Positions 45,840 to 55,542 of a stretch of DNA of 64,000 bases are shown here, piece after piece. A program made the position numbers and the translations under genes. The notes under the pieces were generated by a model. It was given only the letters and a program-made list of their open reading frames with translations, did no database searches and was not told the DNA's origin. The stretch is from an uncultured Micromonosporaceae bacterium (GTDB lineage: Bacteria > Actinomycetota > Actinomycetes > Mycobacteriales > Micromonosporaceae), in assembly GCA_966211315.1 (NCBI GenBank), contig CBIHNN010000013.1, positions 19,225-83,224 of the forward strand. The letters are read 5' to 3'. Numbering within the stretch: the first letter of the stretch is position 1; each line of letters opens with the position of its first letter.

Positions 45840-46074
45840 CCAGGGTGTTGATGCGATGCGATGGTCATCGTCCGGCGCGCGGTGCGCGGTCGGCGAGGGG
45901 TGCCTCCGGTCAACGGGGCCCGCGCCAGTGGATCGGCCTACCGTGCATGCGGCGTGACAGAGCGCTAGCCTTACGGGGACTTGCCAGGTGCCGGATGTCG
46001 TGCCCTGCCGACGGCTCCGGGATATGTAACGGTGGTCCGCGCCGACGGTGCGGGGCCCGCGGGTTGGGGATGCG

Positions 46075-46680
46075 ATGATTCGGGTCCTTGTGATGACGGA
46101 CGACGAGCGCGCCAACTCTGGCGTAAGGGCACTGTTGGACTCCGAGCAGGACATCCAGGTGGTCGGCACGCTGGCTTTCGACGGCGACCAGGCGATCCGG
46201 GTGGCGGAACTCTGGCCAAAGGTGATCATCTTCGATACGGAGTACATGGTGAGCCAGGTTCTGCCGATCGCGGCGGAGCTCCGGGCACGGATACCGTCGA
46301 GCTCCATGTTGATGCTGTGCGACCCGACCAAGCGGGGCATGCTTCCGCCGCGGCGGCGCGCGGCGGACCTCAGTTTCCTGCTCAAGGATGCCTCCACGAC
46401 GCTGCTCGCCAGCTCCGTCCGGCGACTCGCCAGCGGCGAGCGGGTCGTCCATCCCCGACTGCAAGCAGCAGCCCTGAACACGGAACGAGATCTCAGCACC
46501 CGCGAGCTGGAGGTGCTCGGCCTGGCCGCGGAGGGCGAACCGGTCGCCGAGATCGCCCACCGGCTGTACCTCTCCGGCGGCACGGTACGCAACTACCTGT
46601 CCGCTGTGATCATGAAGACGGGCGCGCGGAACAGGCTGGACGCGATCCGCATCGCCCGCAAGGACGGCTGGCTGCACTAG
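46075..46680 (+). CDS. NarL/LuxR-family response regulator (orphan; no kinase gene adjacent)
   Basis: Receiver MIRVLVMTDDE ... KVIIFDTEYM (acceptor Asp) ... FLLKD (Lys). LuxR HTH LSTRELEVLGLAAEGEPVAEIAHRLYLSGGTVRNYLSAVIMKTG. Confidence 0.85.
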   Translation: MIRVLVMTDDERANSGVRALLDSEQDIQVVGTLAFDGDQAIRVAELWPKVIIFDTEYMVSQVLPIAAELRARIPSSSMLMLCDPTKRGMLPPRRRAADLSFLLKDASTTLLASSVRRLASGERVVHPRLQAAALNTERDLSTRELEVLGLAAEGEPVAEIAHRLYLSGGTVRNYLSAVIMKTGARNRLDAIRIARKDGWLH

Positions 46681-46749
46681 CGCCCGCCTGACGGATCTCG
46701 TGGACCTGCCCGCCCTGCGATCGGGTGCCGGGCAGCGGCCAGCTGGTTC

Positions 46750-47163
46750 TCATCGACGCACGTCGGCCGGTCCCGCGTGCACCGGCAGGCCGGCGGCCAG
46801 CCATGCCTCCATCCCGCCGGCCATGTCGGTCGCGAGACGCAGGCCCATCGCCCGCAGACTCGCTGCGGCCAGGCTGGAGCTGTAGCCCTGCCGACACACC
46901 ACGACCACCGCGAGATCGTATCCCGTCGCCTCGGGGATGCGGTGCGGCGAGGACGGATCCAGCCGCCATTCCAGCACCGTACGGTCGATGACGAGCGCGC
47001 CGGGCAACTCGCCCTGCAGGGTTCGCTGGTGGTCGGTGCGGGTGTCCACGAGCAGCGCGCCACCGGCGACGGCCCGCCGCGTCTCGTACGGGTCGAGCCG
47101 CCGTACGCCAGAGCGAGCCCTCGCCAGCAAGACGTCCACGCCCCGCGTTTCGACGATCGTCAT
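46750..47163 (-). CDS. rhodanese-like domain protein
   Basis: 137 aa. Active-site loop VVVCRQGYSSS. Typical single rhodanese fold length. Confidence 0.8.
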   Translation of the reverse strand: MTIVETRGVDVLLARARSGVRRLDPYETRRAVAGGALLVDTRTDHQRTLQGELPGALVIDRTVLEWRLDPSSPHRIPEATGYDLAVVVVCRQGYSSSLAAASLRAMGLRLATDMAGGMEAWLAAGLPVHAGPADVRR

Positions 47164-47263
47164 CAGCCGATCCTCTCTGCCCGGGGTAGCCCTGGCATCC
47201 GATCAGGGGTTCGCAGATCGTCGGCGCGTGCGTCGGGCTGATCGGCGAGATGAGATGCCCTCG

Positions 47264-48451
47264 TCAGCGCATGCGGATCAGGTGTTCGAGCGCCAGACGT
47301 TGCAGGCGGGCGAAACCGTAGCCCTGGGTACGAGCCGCGTCCAGGTCGTAGTCCTCGAACGCGGTCTTGTCGGACGCCAGTTCCTCGTGGGTCTCGCCGG
47401 GTTCGAGCGTCGGCTGGGCCAGCTCGGCCACCCGGGCGGCCTCCAGCGCCTCCTGGACCTCCGGGTCGGCACGGAACGCTCTGGCCCGTTCCTTCAGGCC
47501 GAGGTAGAGCTCCATGTTGGCGCGTGCCGACTCCCAGACACCGTCCATGTTCTCGGTGCGCAGCGGCTTGTAGTCGAAGTGCCGGTCTCCGTCGTAGACG
47601 GGTCCGCCGCCAGGTGCCCCGTTCTCCAGCAGGTCGACGGTGGAGAACGCCTGTAGCAGGTCGCCGTACCCGAACACGAGGTCCTGGTCGTAGCGGGGAC
47701 CCTTCTGCCCGTTCAGATCGATGTGGAACAGCTTGCCCTGCCAGAGCGCCTGGGCGATGCCGTGCGTGTAGTTGAGGGTCGCCATCTGTTCGTGCCCGGT
47801 CTCCGGGTTGATGCCGACCATGTCGGCGTGCTCCAGCTGAGAGATGAACGCGAGCGCGTGCCCGATCGAGGGCAGCAGGATGTCGCCGCGGGGCTCGTTC
47901 GGTTTGGGTTCGATGGCGAAGCGCATGCCGTACCCCTTGTCGATGGAGTACTGCGCCAGGAGGTCTATCCCCTCCCGGTACCGGTCGAGGGCGGCCCGGA
48001 CGTCCTTGGCGAAGTCGACCTCCGAGCCTTCCCGGCCGCCCCAGAAGACGTAGATCTGTGCGCCGAGTTCGGCGGCCAGGTCCATGTTGCGCATCACCTT
48101 GCGCACGGCGTAGCGCCGTACGGAACGGTCGTTGCTGGTGAAGGCGCCGTCCTTGAAGACGGGGTCGCCGAAGAGGTTGGTCGTGACCATGGGCACGACG
48201 AGACCGGTGTCTTCGAGGGCCTGTTTGAACTCGTCGATGATGCGCTGCCGCTCGGTGCTGCTGCTACCGGGCGGGATCAGGTCGTCGTCGTGGAAGGTGA
48301 TCCCGTACGCGCCGAGCTCCGCCAGTTTGTGCACGGCCTCGACACCGGCCAGGACGGGGCGGGTGGCCTCGCCGAAGAGGTCACGGGCCTGCCAGCCGAC
48401 GGTCCACAACCCGAAACTGAACTTGTCCTCGCGGGTCGCCTGCGGTGCCAT
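47264..48451 (-). CDS. xylA: xylose isomerase (class I, actinomycete type)
   Basis: [66 protein letters not shown], and DQDLVFG agree along the whole length with the Actinoplanes/Streptomyces enzyme as I remember it. Confidence 0.95.
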   Translation of the reverse strand: MAPQATREDKFSFGLWTVGWQARDLFGEATRPVLAGVEAVHKLAELGAYGITFHDDDLIPPGSSSTERQRIIDEFKQALEDTGLVVPMVTTNLFGDPVFKDGAFTSNDRSVRRYAVRKVMRNMDLAAELGAQIYVFWGGREGSEVDFAKDVRAALDRYREGIDLLAQYSIDKGYGMRFAIEPKPNEPRGDILLPSIGHALAFISQLEHADMVGINPETGHEQMATLNYTHGIAQALWQGKLFHIDLNGQKGPRYDQDLVFGYGDLLQAFSTVDLLENGAPGGGPVYDGDRHFDYKPLRTENMDGVWESARANMELYLGLKERARAFRADPEVQEALEAARVAELAQPTLEPGETHEELASDKTAFEDYDLDAARTQGYGFARLQRLALEHLIRMR

Positions 48452-48470
48452 CGTGCCTCCAGGTCTGTCG

Positions 48471-49367
48471 TCACTTGCTGAAGCCGGCGGTCAGGCCGGA
48501 GAGGAGCTGGCGGCGGCCGATCGCGTAGAGGATGAGGATCGGCAGGGTGGTCAGGACCACCGACGCCAGCACGGCCGGTACGTTCACGCTGTACTGGCCC
48601 TGGAAGGTCCACAGAGCCAGCGGCAATGTCCGCTGCTCGGGGCTCTGGGTCAGGATCAGCGGCAGCAGGAAGCCGTTCCAGATGCCCAGGCCGTTGTAGA
48701 TGGTCACGGTGACCAGCGCCGGCCGGGTCAGCGGAAACGCCAGGTGCCACATCGTGCCCCACTCGGTGGCGCCGTCCATCCGCATCGACTCGAAGAGTTC
48801 CTTCGGCACGTCCCGGATGAAGTTGGACAGCACGAGCACGGACAGCGGGATGGCGAACGCGATCGATGGCAGGATGATCGCCAACAGGGTGTCGTACATC
48901 TGCAGCCGGATGATGATCAGGTAGACCGGGATGATCGTGGCCTGCAGCGGGATGGCCAGACCCATCAGGAACATGCTGTTGGTGACCCGCAGGAAGCGGC
49001 TGCGGTGGGCGGCCCGGACGATCGCGAAGGACGCCATGAACGAGATCAGCACCGCGGGCACGACAGCGCCGAGAGTGACGATCACACTGTTGAGGAAGTA
49101 GCGGGCGAAGTTGGACTCGATGACCAGCTGGTAGTTGTCCAGGGTGGGCGCGGTCGGCGGTGCCAGGGGGTTCGTGGCGAAGTAGCTGCTCTGCGCCTTC
49201 AGGCTGGTGACGACGATCCAGTAGATCGGCACCATCACGACGAGCAGCCAGAGCCATCCGAACGTGCCGCCGAACCAGTTGAGTTGCGCGAGGTGCCAGT
49301 GCCGGGCGGGTTTGACGAGGTCCGGCTCGGCCTTTCGATCGGTGCCGCTTGCCAGCGTGGTCGTCAT
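48471..49367 (-). CDS. carbohydrate ABC transporter permease (CUT1)
   Basis: Six TM segments. EAA loop [24 protein letters not shown]. Confidence 0.9.
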   Translation of the reverse strand: MTTTLASGTDRKAEPDLVKPARHWHLAQLNWFGGTFGWLWLLVVMVPIYWIVVTSLKAQSSYFATNPLAPPTAPTLDNYQLVIESNFARYFLNSVIVTLGAVVPAVLISFMASFAIVRAAHRSRFLRVTNSMFLMGLAIPLQATIIPVYLIIIRLQMYDTLLAIILPSIAFAIPLSVLVLSNFIRDVPKELFESMRMDGATEWGTMWHLAFPLTRPALVTVTIYNGLGIWNGFLLPLILTQSPEQRTLPLALWTFQGQYSVNVPAVLASVVLTTLPILILYAIGRRQLLSGLTAGFSK

Positions 49368-49368
49368 G

Positions 49369-50295
49369 TCACGCTCCTTCCAGCTGGCTCTGTGACGTGC
49401 TGCCGCCGCCGATCCGGCGTAGCAGCAGAGCCAGGGCCAGCCCGACCAGGACCAGGATGACCGCGATCGCGCTGGCCGGTCCCATCAGGTTCGCCTGGAA
49501 CCCCTGCTGGTACATGCTGAGCGCCAGCACTCGGGTGGCGTCACCGGGGCCGCCCGCGGTGAGCACGAAGATCAGGTCGAAGAAGGTCAGCGAGCCGACC
49601 ACCATCAGCGTCGACGACGTGATGATGGTGTATTTCAGCTGGGGAAGCGTGATGCTGATGAACTGCCGGATCCGTCCGGCGCCGTCGATCTGGGCCGCCT
49701 CGTACATCGAGGTCGGGATCTGGCGCACCGCACCTTGATAGATCAGCGAGTGGAACGGGATGAACTGCCACGACACCACGAAGATGACCACGCCGAGGGC
49801 GAGGTTGCCGCGGCCCAGCCAGTCCTGGGCGAGCAGCGGGATGCCGAGGCCGACGCCGAGCCCGAAGTTCGGGTCCAGCAGCGCCTTGTACGTGATCGAG
49901 ATGGCGGCGGAGCTCAGCAGCAACGGGATGAAGTACAGCACCGCCAGGAACCCGCGGTAACGCTTGTGCGCTGCCAGGAACACCCCGATGAGGATCGACA
50001 GCGGGGTCTGCGCCGCCCACGACAGGGCCATGACCAGGAAGGTCACCCAGAGGGCGTGGAGCAGGCCCGGGTCGCTCAGCGTGGCCTTCCAGCTGGTCAG
50101 GCCGGACGGCTGGATCTCGCCGATACCGTCCCAGGTGGTGAAACTCAGTGCCAGGACGCCGACCAGCGGGATGACGCCGAACGCCATGAACATCAGCAGC
50201 GCCGGCAACGCCATCCAGGTGACGGAGCCGCTCCGCCCACCGGTCGAGACAGGAGGCTTTCCCACTCGTACGGTGGGCGGAGCGAGCGTCGTCAT
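49369..50295 (-). CDS. carbohydrate ABC transporter permease (CUT1)
   Basis: Start MTTLAPPTVRV. EAA loop EAAQIDGAGRIRQFISITLPQL. ATGA overlap with the SBP stop at 50292-50295. Confidence 0.9.
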   Translation of the reverse strand: MTTLAPPTVRVGKPPVSTGGRSGSVTWMALPALLMFMAFGVIPLVGVLALSFTTWDGIGEIQPSGLTSWKATLSDPGLLHALWVTFLVMALSWAAQTPLSILIGVFLAAHKRYRGFLAVLYFIPLLLSSAAISITYKALLDPNFGLGVGLGIPLLAQDWLGRGNLALGVVIFVVSWQFIPFHSLIYQGAVRQIPTSMYEAAQIDGAGRIRQFISITLPQLKYTIITSSTLMVVGSLTFFDLIFVLTAGGPGDATRVLALSMYQQGFQANLMGPASAIAVILVLVGLALALLLRRIGGGSTSQSQLEGA

Positions 50296-51623
50296 TTGCC
50301 GATGACTCCGTTCATGCTGTCCACCCACTGCTGTGGGGAGATCTGCAGCTGGAACAGCTTGGCGATGTTGTCCAGCAGTGTCTCGGCCGCGGTCGGGCTC
50401 AGCGCCTGGTCCCATGACTGGGCGAACACCTTCGCGTTCGCCGAGATGTCGTAGACGAACTTGAGGAACGCCGCGTCCGGGGACGAGCCGAGCTTGGTGT
50501 CACTGCCCTTGATGATCGGTACGCCGCCGGACTTGATCCAGTTCTCGATCTCCTGGTCGTCGAGCAGGGTGGTCGAGAAGAACTTCTTGGCGGTCTGCTT
50601 CGCCTCGGCGCTCGCCTTGGACGAGATCGAGAGGTACTGGCCGGGGTTGCCGACGGTGTTGCTCGGGTCGCCCTTGCCGCCCTCGACCGGCGGGAAGTTC
50701 ATGTAGCCGAGGCCGCCGCTCTTGACGAAGTCACCGCCCTGGGACTGCTGGATGCCGTACGACCAGGAGCCGTGCAGCATCATCGCGGCCCTGCCGGTGT
50801 ACAGCAGGGCCTGGTCGGCGTTCGAGTCCGCGGTGATCGACGAGAAGCCTTTGATGAAGCCGTTCGCCTTCACCAGGTCCTGGACCTTGGTGAGCATGTC
50901 CAGCACGGCCGGGTCGGACCAGGCGTTGGCCTTGCCGGCGAAGACGTTGTCGAAGATCTCCGAGCCGGCCTGGCGGTCCAGGAGGAATTCCAGCCACATC
51001 ATGTTGGGCCAGCGGGACTGGCCGCCCAGCGAGAACGGCGCGATGCCGGCCGAGTTGAACCTGGGCACCAGGGCCATGATCTCGCCCCAGGACTTCGGGG
51101 GCTGGACGCCGACCTGATCGAACACGTTCTTGTTGTAGTACAGGACGATCGGCTGGACCGTCTCGATCGGCATGGCGTAGATCTTGTCGTTCACCGTGGC
51201 CGCACCGAACGAGGACGGGAGGATCTTGTCCTTGACCGCGGGGTTCTCGGTGAACCAGCCGGTCAGATCTTCCACCTGCCCGGCGTCGACGTAGCTCTTC
51301 AGTCCGCCGCCGCCCCAGCCCCAGATCATCGTCGGCCCCTGGGCGGCGCCGATCGACGTCTTGATCTTCTGCTTGTACGCGTCGTTCTGGAAGAACGTCG
51401 CAGCGATCGTGTTGTCCGGATTGGCCTTGTTGAACCGGTCGACGGCGGCCTTGCGGATCGGCTCACCGGGCGGGCCGCTGAGCGACCAGTATGTGGCGGA
51501 ACCGGCCGCGTTGCCGCCATTGCTGGAACTGGTGCCGGGGCCGGAGCTGCCGCACGCGGCAAGCCCGGCGGCGGCGCCGGCGCCGACGGCGAGGTGGAGG
51601 AAGTTTCGACGGGATATCGGCAT
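50292..51623 (-). CDS. carbohydrate ABC transporter substrate-binding lipoprotein (CUT1)
   Basis: Start MPISRRNFLHLAVGAGAAAGLAACGSS (twin-Arg-like plus lipobox). Solute-binding family 1 body. First gene of the SBP-permease-permease-xylA operon. Confidence 0.9.
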   Translation of the reverse strand: MPISRRNFLHLAVGAGAAAGLAACGSSGPGTSSSNGGNAAGSATYWSLSGPPGEPIRKAAVDRFNKANPDNTIAATFFQNDAYKQKIKTSIGAAQGPTMIWGWGGGGLKSYVDAGQVEDLTGWFTENPAVKDKILPSSFGAATVNDKIYAMPIETVQPIVLYYNKNVFDQVGVQPPKSWGEIMALVPRFNSAGIAPFSLGGQSRWPNMMWLEFLLDRQAGSEIFDNVFAGKANAWSDPAVLDMLTKVQDLVKANGFIKGFSSITADSNADQALLYTGRAAMMLHGSWSYGIQQSQGGDFVKSGGLGYMNFPPVEGGKGDPSNTVGNPGQYLSISSKASAEAKQTAKKFFSTTLLDDQEIENWIKSGGVPIIKGSDTKLGSSPDAAFLKFVYDISANAKVFAQSWDQALSPTAAETLLDNIAKLFQLQISPQQWVDSMNGVIGK

Positions 51624-51659
51624 GGGTTCCACGCTGGTCTCCGTACCTGAGAAGTGCGG

Positions 51660-51677
51660 GTTTCGTGGCGATTTCGA
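51660..51677. promoter_or_regulatory. possible half-operator related to the TCGAAAC motif
   Basis: The minus strand reads TCGAAATCGCCACGAAAC, two CGAAA units 11 nt apart. This is the same spacing as the first two CGAAA units of the 24-bp operators. It lies 37-54 nt upstream of the SBP start. Confidence 0.3.
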
Positions 51678-51904
51678 TCGTCTGCGGCGATGGCGCCGAG
51701 CCGTGGACCCCGCCCTCCGACCGGCGATCCGCAAGTTGCGTAGATTTCGTTAACGTAGGATTTCGGGGTGAGCGTGTCAAGAGTCTTGAACCGCTCGTGC
51801 CGATAGACGAAAGTAGAGTTCATCGGACACCTCTCGGTGATCAAACCTTTGCGGTAAAGCAAGACCGCGAGGTGCCAAGAGTCACGGGCGAGTCGTTACG
51901 GGTC

Positions 51905-51928
51905 TCGAAACGCGACCGAAAGTTTCGA
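51905..51928. promoter_or_regulatory. operator-like inverted repeat TCGAAAC-N10-GTTTCGA (second copy)
   Basis: TCGAAACGCGACCGAAAGTTTCGA lies 32 nt upstream of the GH3 GTG start. It is 21/24 identical to 1247-1270, with both 7-bp arms identical. Confidence 0.55.
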
Positions 51929-51959
51929 CGCCCGTGCATTGTGGAATAGGAGATCACCC

Positions 51960-54368
51960 GTGACGACACCGGATCTGTCCCTCACCGCTGATCCAGCGGC
52001 GGCCCCCTGGCGGGACACGAGTCGTAGCGCGGCCGACCGGGTCGAGCTCCTCCTCCGGCAGATGACCCTGCGGGAGAAGGTCGCCCAGCTCGGCAGCCGG
52101 TGGGTCGGCAACGACATGCAGGAGGCCGGAACCGGCGACGCCGACCTCAACGTCGCGCCCATGCAGGACGTGTTCGCCGCCTCCGGCACGGTTTCGCTGG
52201 AGGAGGCGAGCCGGCACGGGCTCGGCCACCTCACCCGCGTCTACGGCAGCGTTCCGCTGACCGCCGAGCAGGGCGCCGCTGAGCTGGTACGTCAGCAGCA
52301 CATCGTCATCGGTGCCTCCCGCCTGGGAATCCCCGCCCTCGTTCACGAGGAGTGCCTCACCGGGTTCACCACGTTCGGCGCTACGGTGTACCCGGCGGCG
52401 ATCGCCTGGGGGGCGACGTTCGACCCCGATCTCGTCGAACGGATGGCCGCCGCGATCGGGCGCGACATGGCCGCGGTCGGCGTACACCAGGGTCTGTCAC
52501 CCGTGCTCGACATCGTGCGTGACTACCGCTGGGGCCGCGTCGAGGAGACGATGGGTGAAGACCCGTACCTCGTCGCAATGCTCGGTGCCGCCTACGTCCG
52601 GGGCCTGCAGAGCGCAGGCGTCATCGCCACCCTGAAGCACTTCGCCGGATACTCCGCGGCCCGTGCGGCACGCAACCACGGGCCCGTGCCGATGGGCCGG
52701 CGCGAACTCATGGACGTCATCCTGCCGCCGTTCGAGACGGCCGTCGCCGTCGCCGGGGCCGGTTCGGTGATGAACTCGTACTCCGACGTGGACGGCGTGC
52801 CCGCGGTCGCGGACCACTGGCTGCTCACCGACCTGCTGCGCGACGACTGGGGATTCACCGGCACCGTCGTCTCCGACTACTGGGCCGTGCCGTTCCTCGC
52901 GACGATGCACCGGGTCGCCGGAGATACCGACGACGCCGGCGCGCAGGCGCTCGCCGCCGGTGTCGACGTCGAGCTGCCCGACACCCTCGGCTTCGGTTCC
53001 GGGCTCGTGGAGCGGGTGCGGCGCGGCGACGTGCCCGAGGCCCTCATCGACCGGGCCGCCCGGCGCCTGCTGACCCAGAAGGTGCAGCTCGGGCTGCTCG
53101 ACCCCGACTGGACGCCGGAGAACTCGGTGGCCGGCGCGGTGGCCGCCGACCTCGACTCGCCCGCCAACCGCGCCCTCGCCCGCGAGATGGCCGAGCGGTC
53201 CATCGTCCTGCTCGACGCCGGGACGGCGCTGCCTCTGCTCGGTGACGGCCGCCCGGAGCCGCGCCGGGTCGCCGTCGTCGGGCCGTGCGCCGCCGACCCG
53301 CGCACGTTCATGGGCTGCTACGCCTTCCCCAACCACGTGCTGCCGCGCTACCCGAGCGCCGGCCTCGGCATCGAGGTGCCCACCCTCGTCGACGCCCTGC
53401 GGTCGGAACTGCCGGCCGCCGAGGTCGTCCACGAGAAGGGCTGTGACGTACGGGGCGACGACCGGTCCGGTTTCGCCGCCGCGCTCGCCGCGGCCCGCGA
53501 GGCGGACGTGTGCGTCGCCGTCGTCGGCGACCTCGCCGGCCTCTTCGGCCACGGCTCGTCCGGCGAGGGCTGCGATGCCGAAGACCTACGGCTGCCCGGC
53601 GTGCAGGCGGATCTGCTCGCCGAACTCCTGGCGACCGGCAAGCCCGTGGTCGTGGTCGTGGTCTCCGGCCGCCCGTACGCACTCGGCGACGTCCACGGCC
53701 GGGCCGCCGGCCTCGTCCAGGCGTTCATGCCGGGCGAGGAGGCCGGGGCGGCGATCGCCGGGGTGCTCGGAGGCCGGATCCAGCCCAGCGGCAAGCTGCC
53801 CGTCCAGATCCCCAGACGTCCCGGGGGGCAGCCCGGCACGTACCTCCAGCCGCCACTCGGCGTCGAGAACAACGGCATCAGCACCCTCGACGCTACGCCG
53901 CTGTACCCCTTCGGCCACGGCACCTCGTACACCAGCTTCGACGTGGACGACCTGCGGATCAGCGACATCGAGGTGCCCACCGACGGTGAGTTCACCGTCT
54001 CGGTCAGCGTCCGCAACACCGGCTCCCGGCCCGGCGAGGAGGTCGTCCAGCTCTACCTGCGTGACGTCGTCGCCCAGGTGACCCGGCCGGTGCGGCAGCT
54101 GGCCGGCTTCGCGCGTGTCCGGCTCGAACCGGGCATGGCCGCGCAGGTACAGTTCCGCGTGCACGCGGACCGGACAGCCTTCACGGGACGAGAGCTGCAA
54201 CGCATCGTCGAGCCCGGCGATGTCGAGGTGCTCGTCGGCACGTCGGCAGCCGATCTGCCGTGCCGTGCCACCGTGCGGCTCACCGGCCCCACACGTGCGG
54301 TAGGACATGACCGACGGCTCGTCACCCCGGTGACACTGCGCCCGGTGCCCGGCACCCGAGGCGGGTAG
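51960..54368 (+). CDS. glycoside hydrolase family 3 (beta-glucosidase/beta-xylosidase)
   Basis: GTG at 51960 follows AGGAGA. RLGIPALVHEECLTG, KHFAGYS, VMNSYSDVDGVP, and GFTGTVVSDYWA (nucleophile Asp context), with a C-terminal fibronectin-like domain VVQLYLRD. Confidence 0.9.
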   Translation: MTTPDLSLTADPAAAPWRDTSRSAADRVELLLRQMTLREKVAQLGSRWVGNDMQEAGTGDADLNVAPMQDVFAASGTVSLEEASRHGLGHLTRVYGSVPLTAEQGAAELVRQQHIVIGASRLGIPALVHEECLTGFTTFGATVYPAAIAWGATFDPDLVERMAAAIGRDMAAVGVHQGLSPVLDIVRDYRWGRVEETMGEDPYLVAMLGAAYVRGLQSAGVIATLKHFAGYSAARAARNHGPVPMGRRELMDVILPPFETAVAVAGAGSVMNSYSDVDGVPAVADHWLLTDLLRDDWGFTGTVVSDYWAVPFLATMHRVAGDTDDAGAQALAAGVDVELPDTLGFGSGLVERVRRGDVPEALIDRAARRLLTQKVQLGLLDPDWTPENSVAGAVAADLDSPANRALAREMAERSIVLLDAGTALPLLGDGRPEPRRVAVVGPCAADPRTFMGCYAFPNHVLPRYPSAGLGIEVPTLVDALRSELPAAEVVHEKGCDVRGDDRSGFAAALAAAREADVCVAVVGDLAGLFGHGSSGEGCDAEDLRLPGVQADLLAELLATGKPVVVVVVSGRPYALGDVHGRAAGLVQAFMPGEEAGAAIAGVLGGRIQPSGKLPVQIPRRPGGQPGTYLQPPLGVENNGISTLDATPLYPFGHGTSYTSFDVDDLRISDIEVPTDGEFTVSVSVRNTGSRPGEEVVQLYLRDVVAQVTRPVRQLAGFARVRLEPGMAAQVQFRVHADRTAFTGRELQRIVEPGDVEVLVGTSAADLPCRATVRLTGPTRAVGHDRRLVTPVTLRPVPGTRGG

Positions 54369-54379
54369 GAGGAGGACCC

Positions 54380-55423
54380 GTGCCATCCAAGGATGGGCGT
54401 GCAACGCTGGCCACCGTCGCCGCCTCCGCAGGTGTCTCCGTCGCGACCGTCTCCAAGGTGCTCAACGGCCGCACGGACGTCGCGCCGGCGACCCGGGCGC
54501 TCATCCAGACCCTGCTCCGGCAGCACGACTACACGGCACGCCGCGCCCCATCGAGGAGACGCGGTGCGTCCGCCGCATCCGTCGAGCTGCTGTTCGGCGG
54601 CCGCCTCAATGCGTACTCCACGGCGATCATCCAGGGGGTCGCCGACGCCGCCGCGGCCGCCGACGTCACCGTCGCCATCAGCGTGCACATCGAAGATCCG
54701 CGTACCTCCAGAGCGCGCCGCCGGACCACGTGGGCCGCCGGCCTCGCCTCCGCCCGCCGGCAGGCGGTCATCGCGGTGACGCAGGACCTGACGGCCGCGG
54801 ACCTGCACGCACTGGCCCAGGCGAACCTCCCCCTTGTCGTCATCGACCCGCTCCACCTGCCGCCGGTCCGCGTGACCAGTGTCGGATCGACCAACTTCGC
54901 CGGCGGTCTCGCCGCGACCCAGCACCTGCTGTCGCTGGGGCACCGGCGCATCGGGTACCTGGGCGGCCCGCCCGCTGCGGCCTGCAATCAGGCACGGATG
55001 CACGGTTACCGCGCCGCCATGGAGGCCGCGGCCGCGCCCGTCGCGGATGGGTACGTGCGCATGGGGCGCTTTCAGTACGACGATGGCATCGTCGAAGGTG
55101 CGGTGCTCCTCGACCTGCCGCAGCCCCCGACGGCGGTCTTCGCCGGCTGCGACGAGGCAGCCGCAGGGCTCATCGAGGCCGCCAGGGCCCGAGGCCTGCG
55201 GATTCCCGAGGATCTCAGCGTCGTGGGATTCGACGACACCCACGTCGCCTGGTTCGCGTCACCACCGCTGACGACGGTACGGCAGCCCCTGCAGGAGATG
55301 GGCGGCGTCGCGCTGCGGACCGCCCTTCGCCTGGCCAACGGCGAGAAGCTCGACTCTCACCACGTCGAGCTCGCCACCGAACTCGTCGTACGGAGCTCGA
55401 CAGCTCCGCCGCCGACCCCCTGA
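54380..55423 (+). CDS. LacI family transcriptional regulator
   Basis: ATLATVAASAGVSVATVSKVLNGR (HTH) plus a periplasmic-binding-fold effector domain. GGAGGAGG RBS. Immediately downstream of the GH3 gene. Confidence 0.9.
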   Translation: MPSKDGRATLATVAASAGVSVATVSKVLNGRTDVAPATRALIQTLLRQHDYTARRAPSRRRGASAASVELLFGGRLNAYSTAIIQGVADAAAAADVTVAISVHIEDPRTSRARRRTTWAAGLASARRQAVIAVTQDLTAADLHALAQANLPLVVIDPLHLPPVRVTSVGSTNFAGGLAATQHLLSLGHRRIGYLGGPPAAACNQARMHGYRAAMEAAAAPVADGYVRMGRFQYDDGIVEGAVLLDLPQPPTAVFAGCDEAAAGLIEAARARGLRIPEDLSVVGFDDTHVAWFASPPLTTVRQPLQEMGGVALRTALRLANGEKLDSHHVELATELVVRSSTAPPPTP

Positions 55424-55542
55424 CCGACGGCGTCCACCAGTCGATCGCCGGTTCGCCGACGCCGCTCAGGACCTCTCCGGAGATGGACGAAGGGTCTGCC
55501 GCCCGGACCGAGGGTCCGTCATCCGTTGACGCGTCCACGGTT

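Noticed and set aside
44214-46592. 792-aa ORF on the minus strand
   Set aside because: It spans three independently supported plus-strand genes (two membrane proteins and the LuxR regulator) plus intergenic DNA. The composition is Arg/Pro/Gly-rich. It is a shadow ORF.
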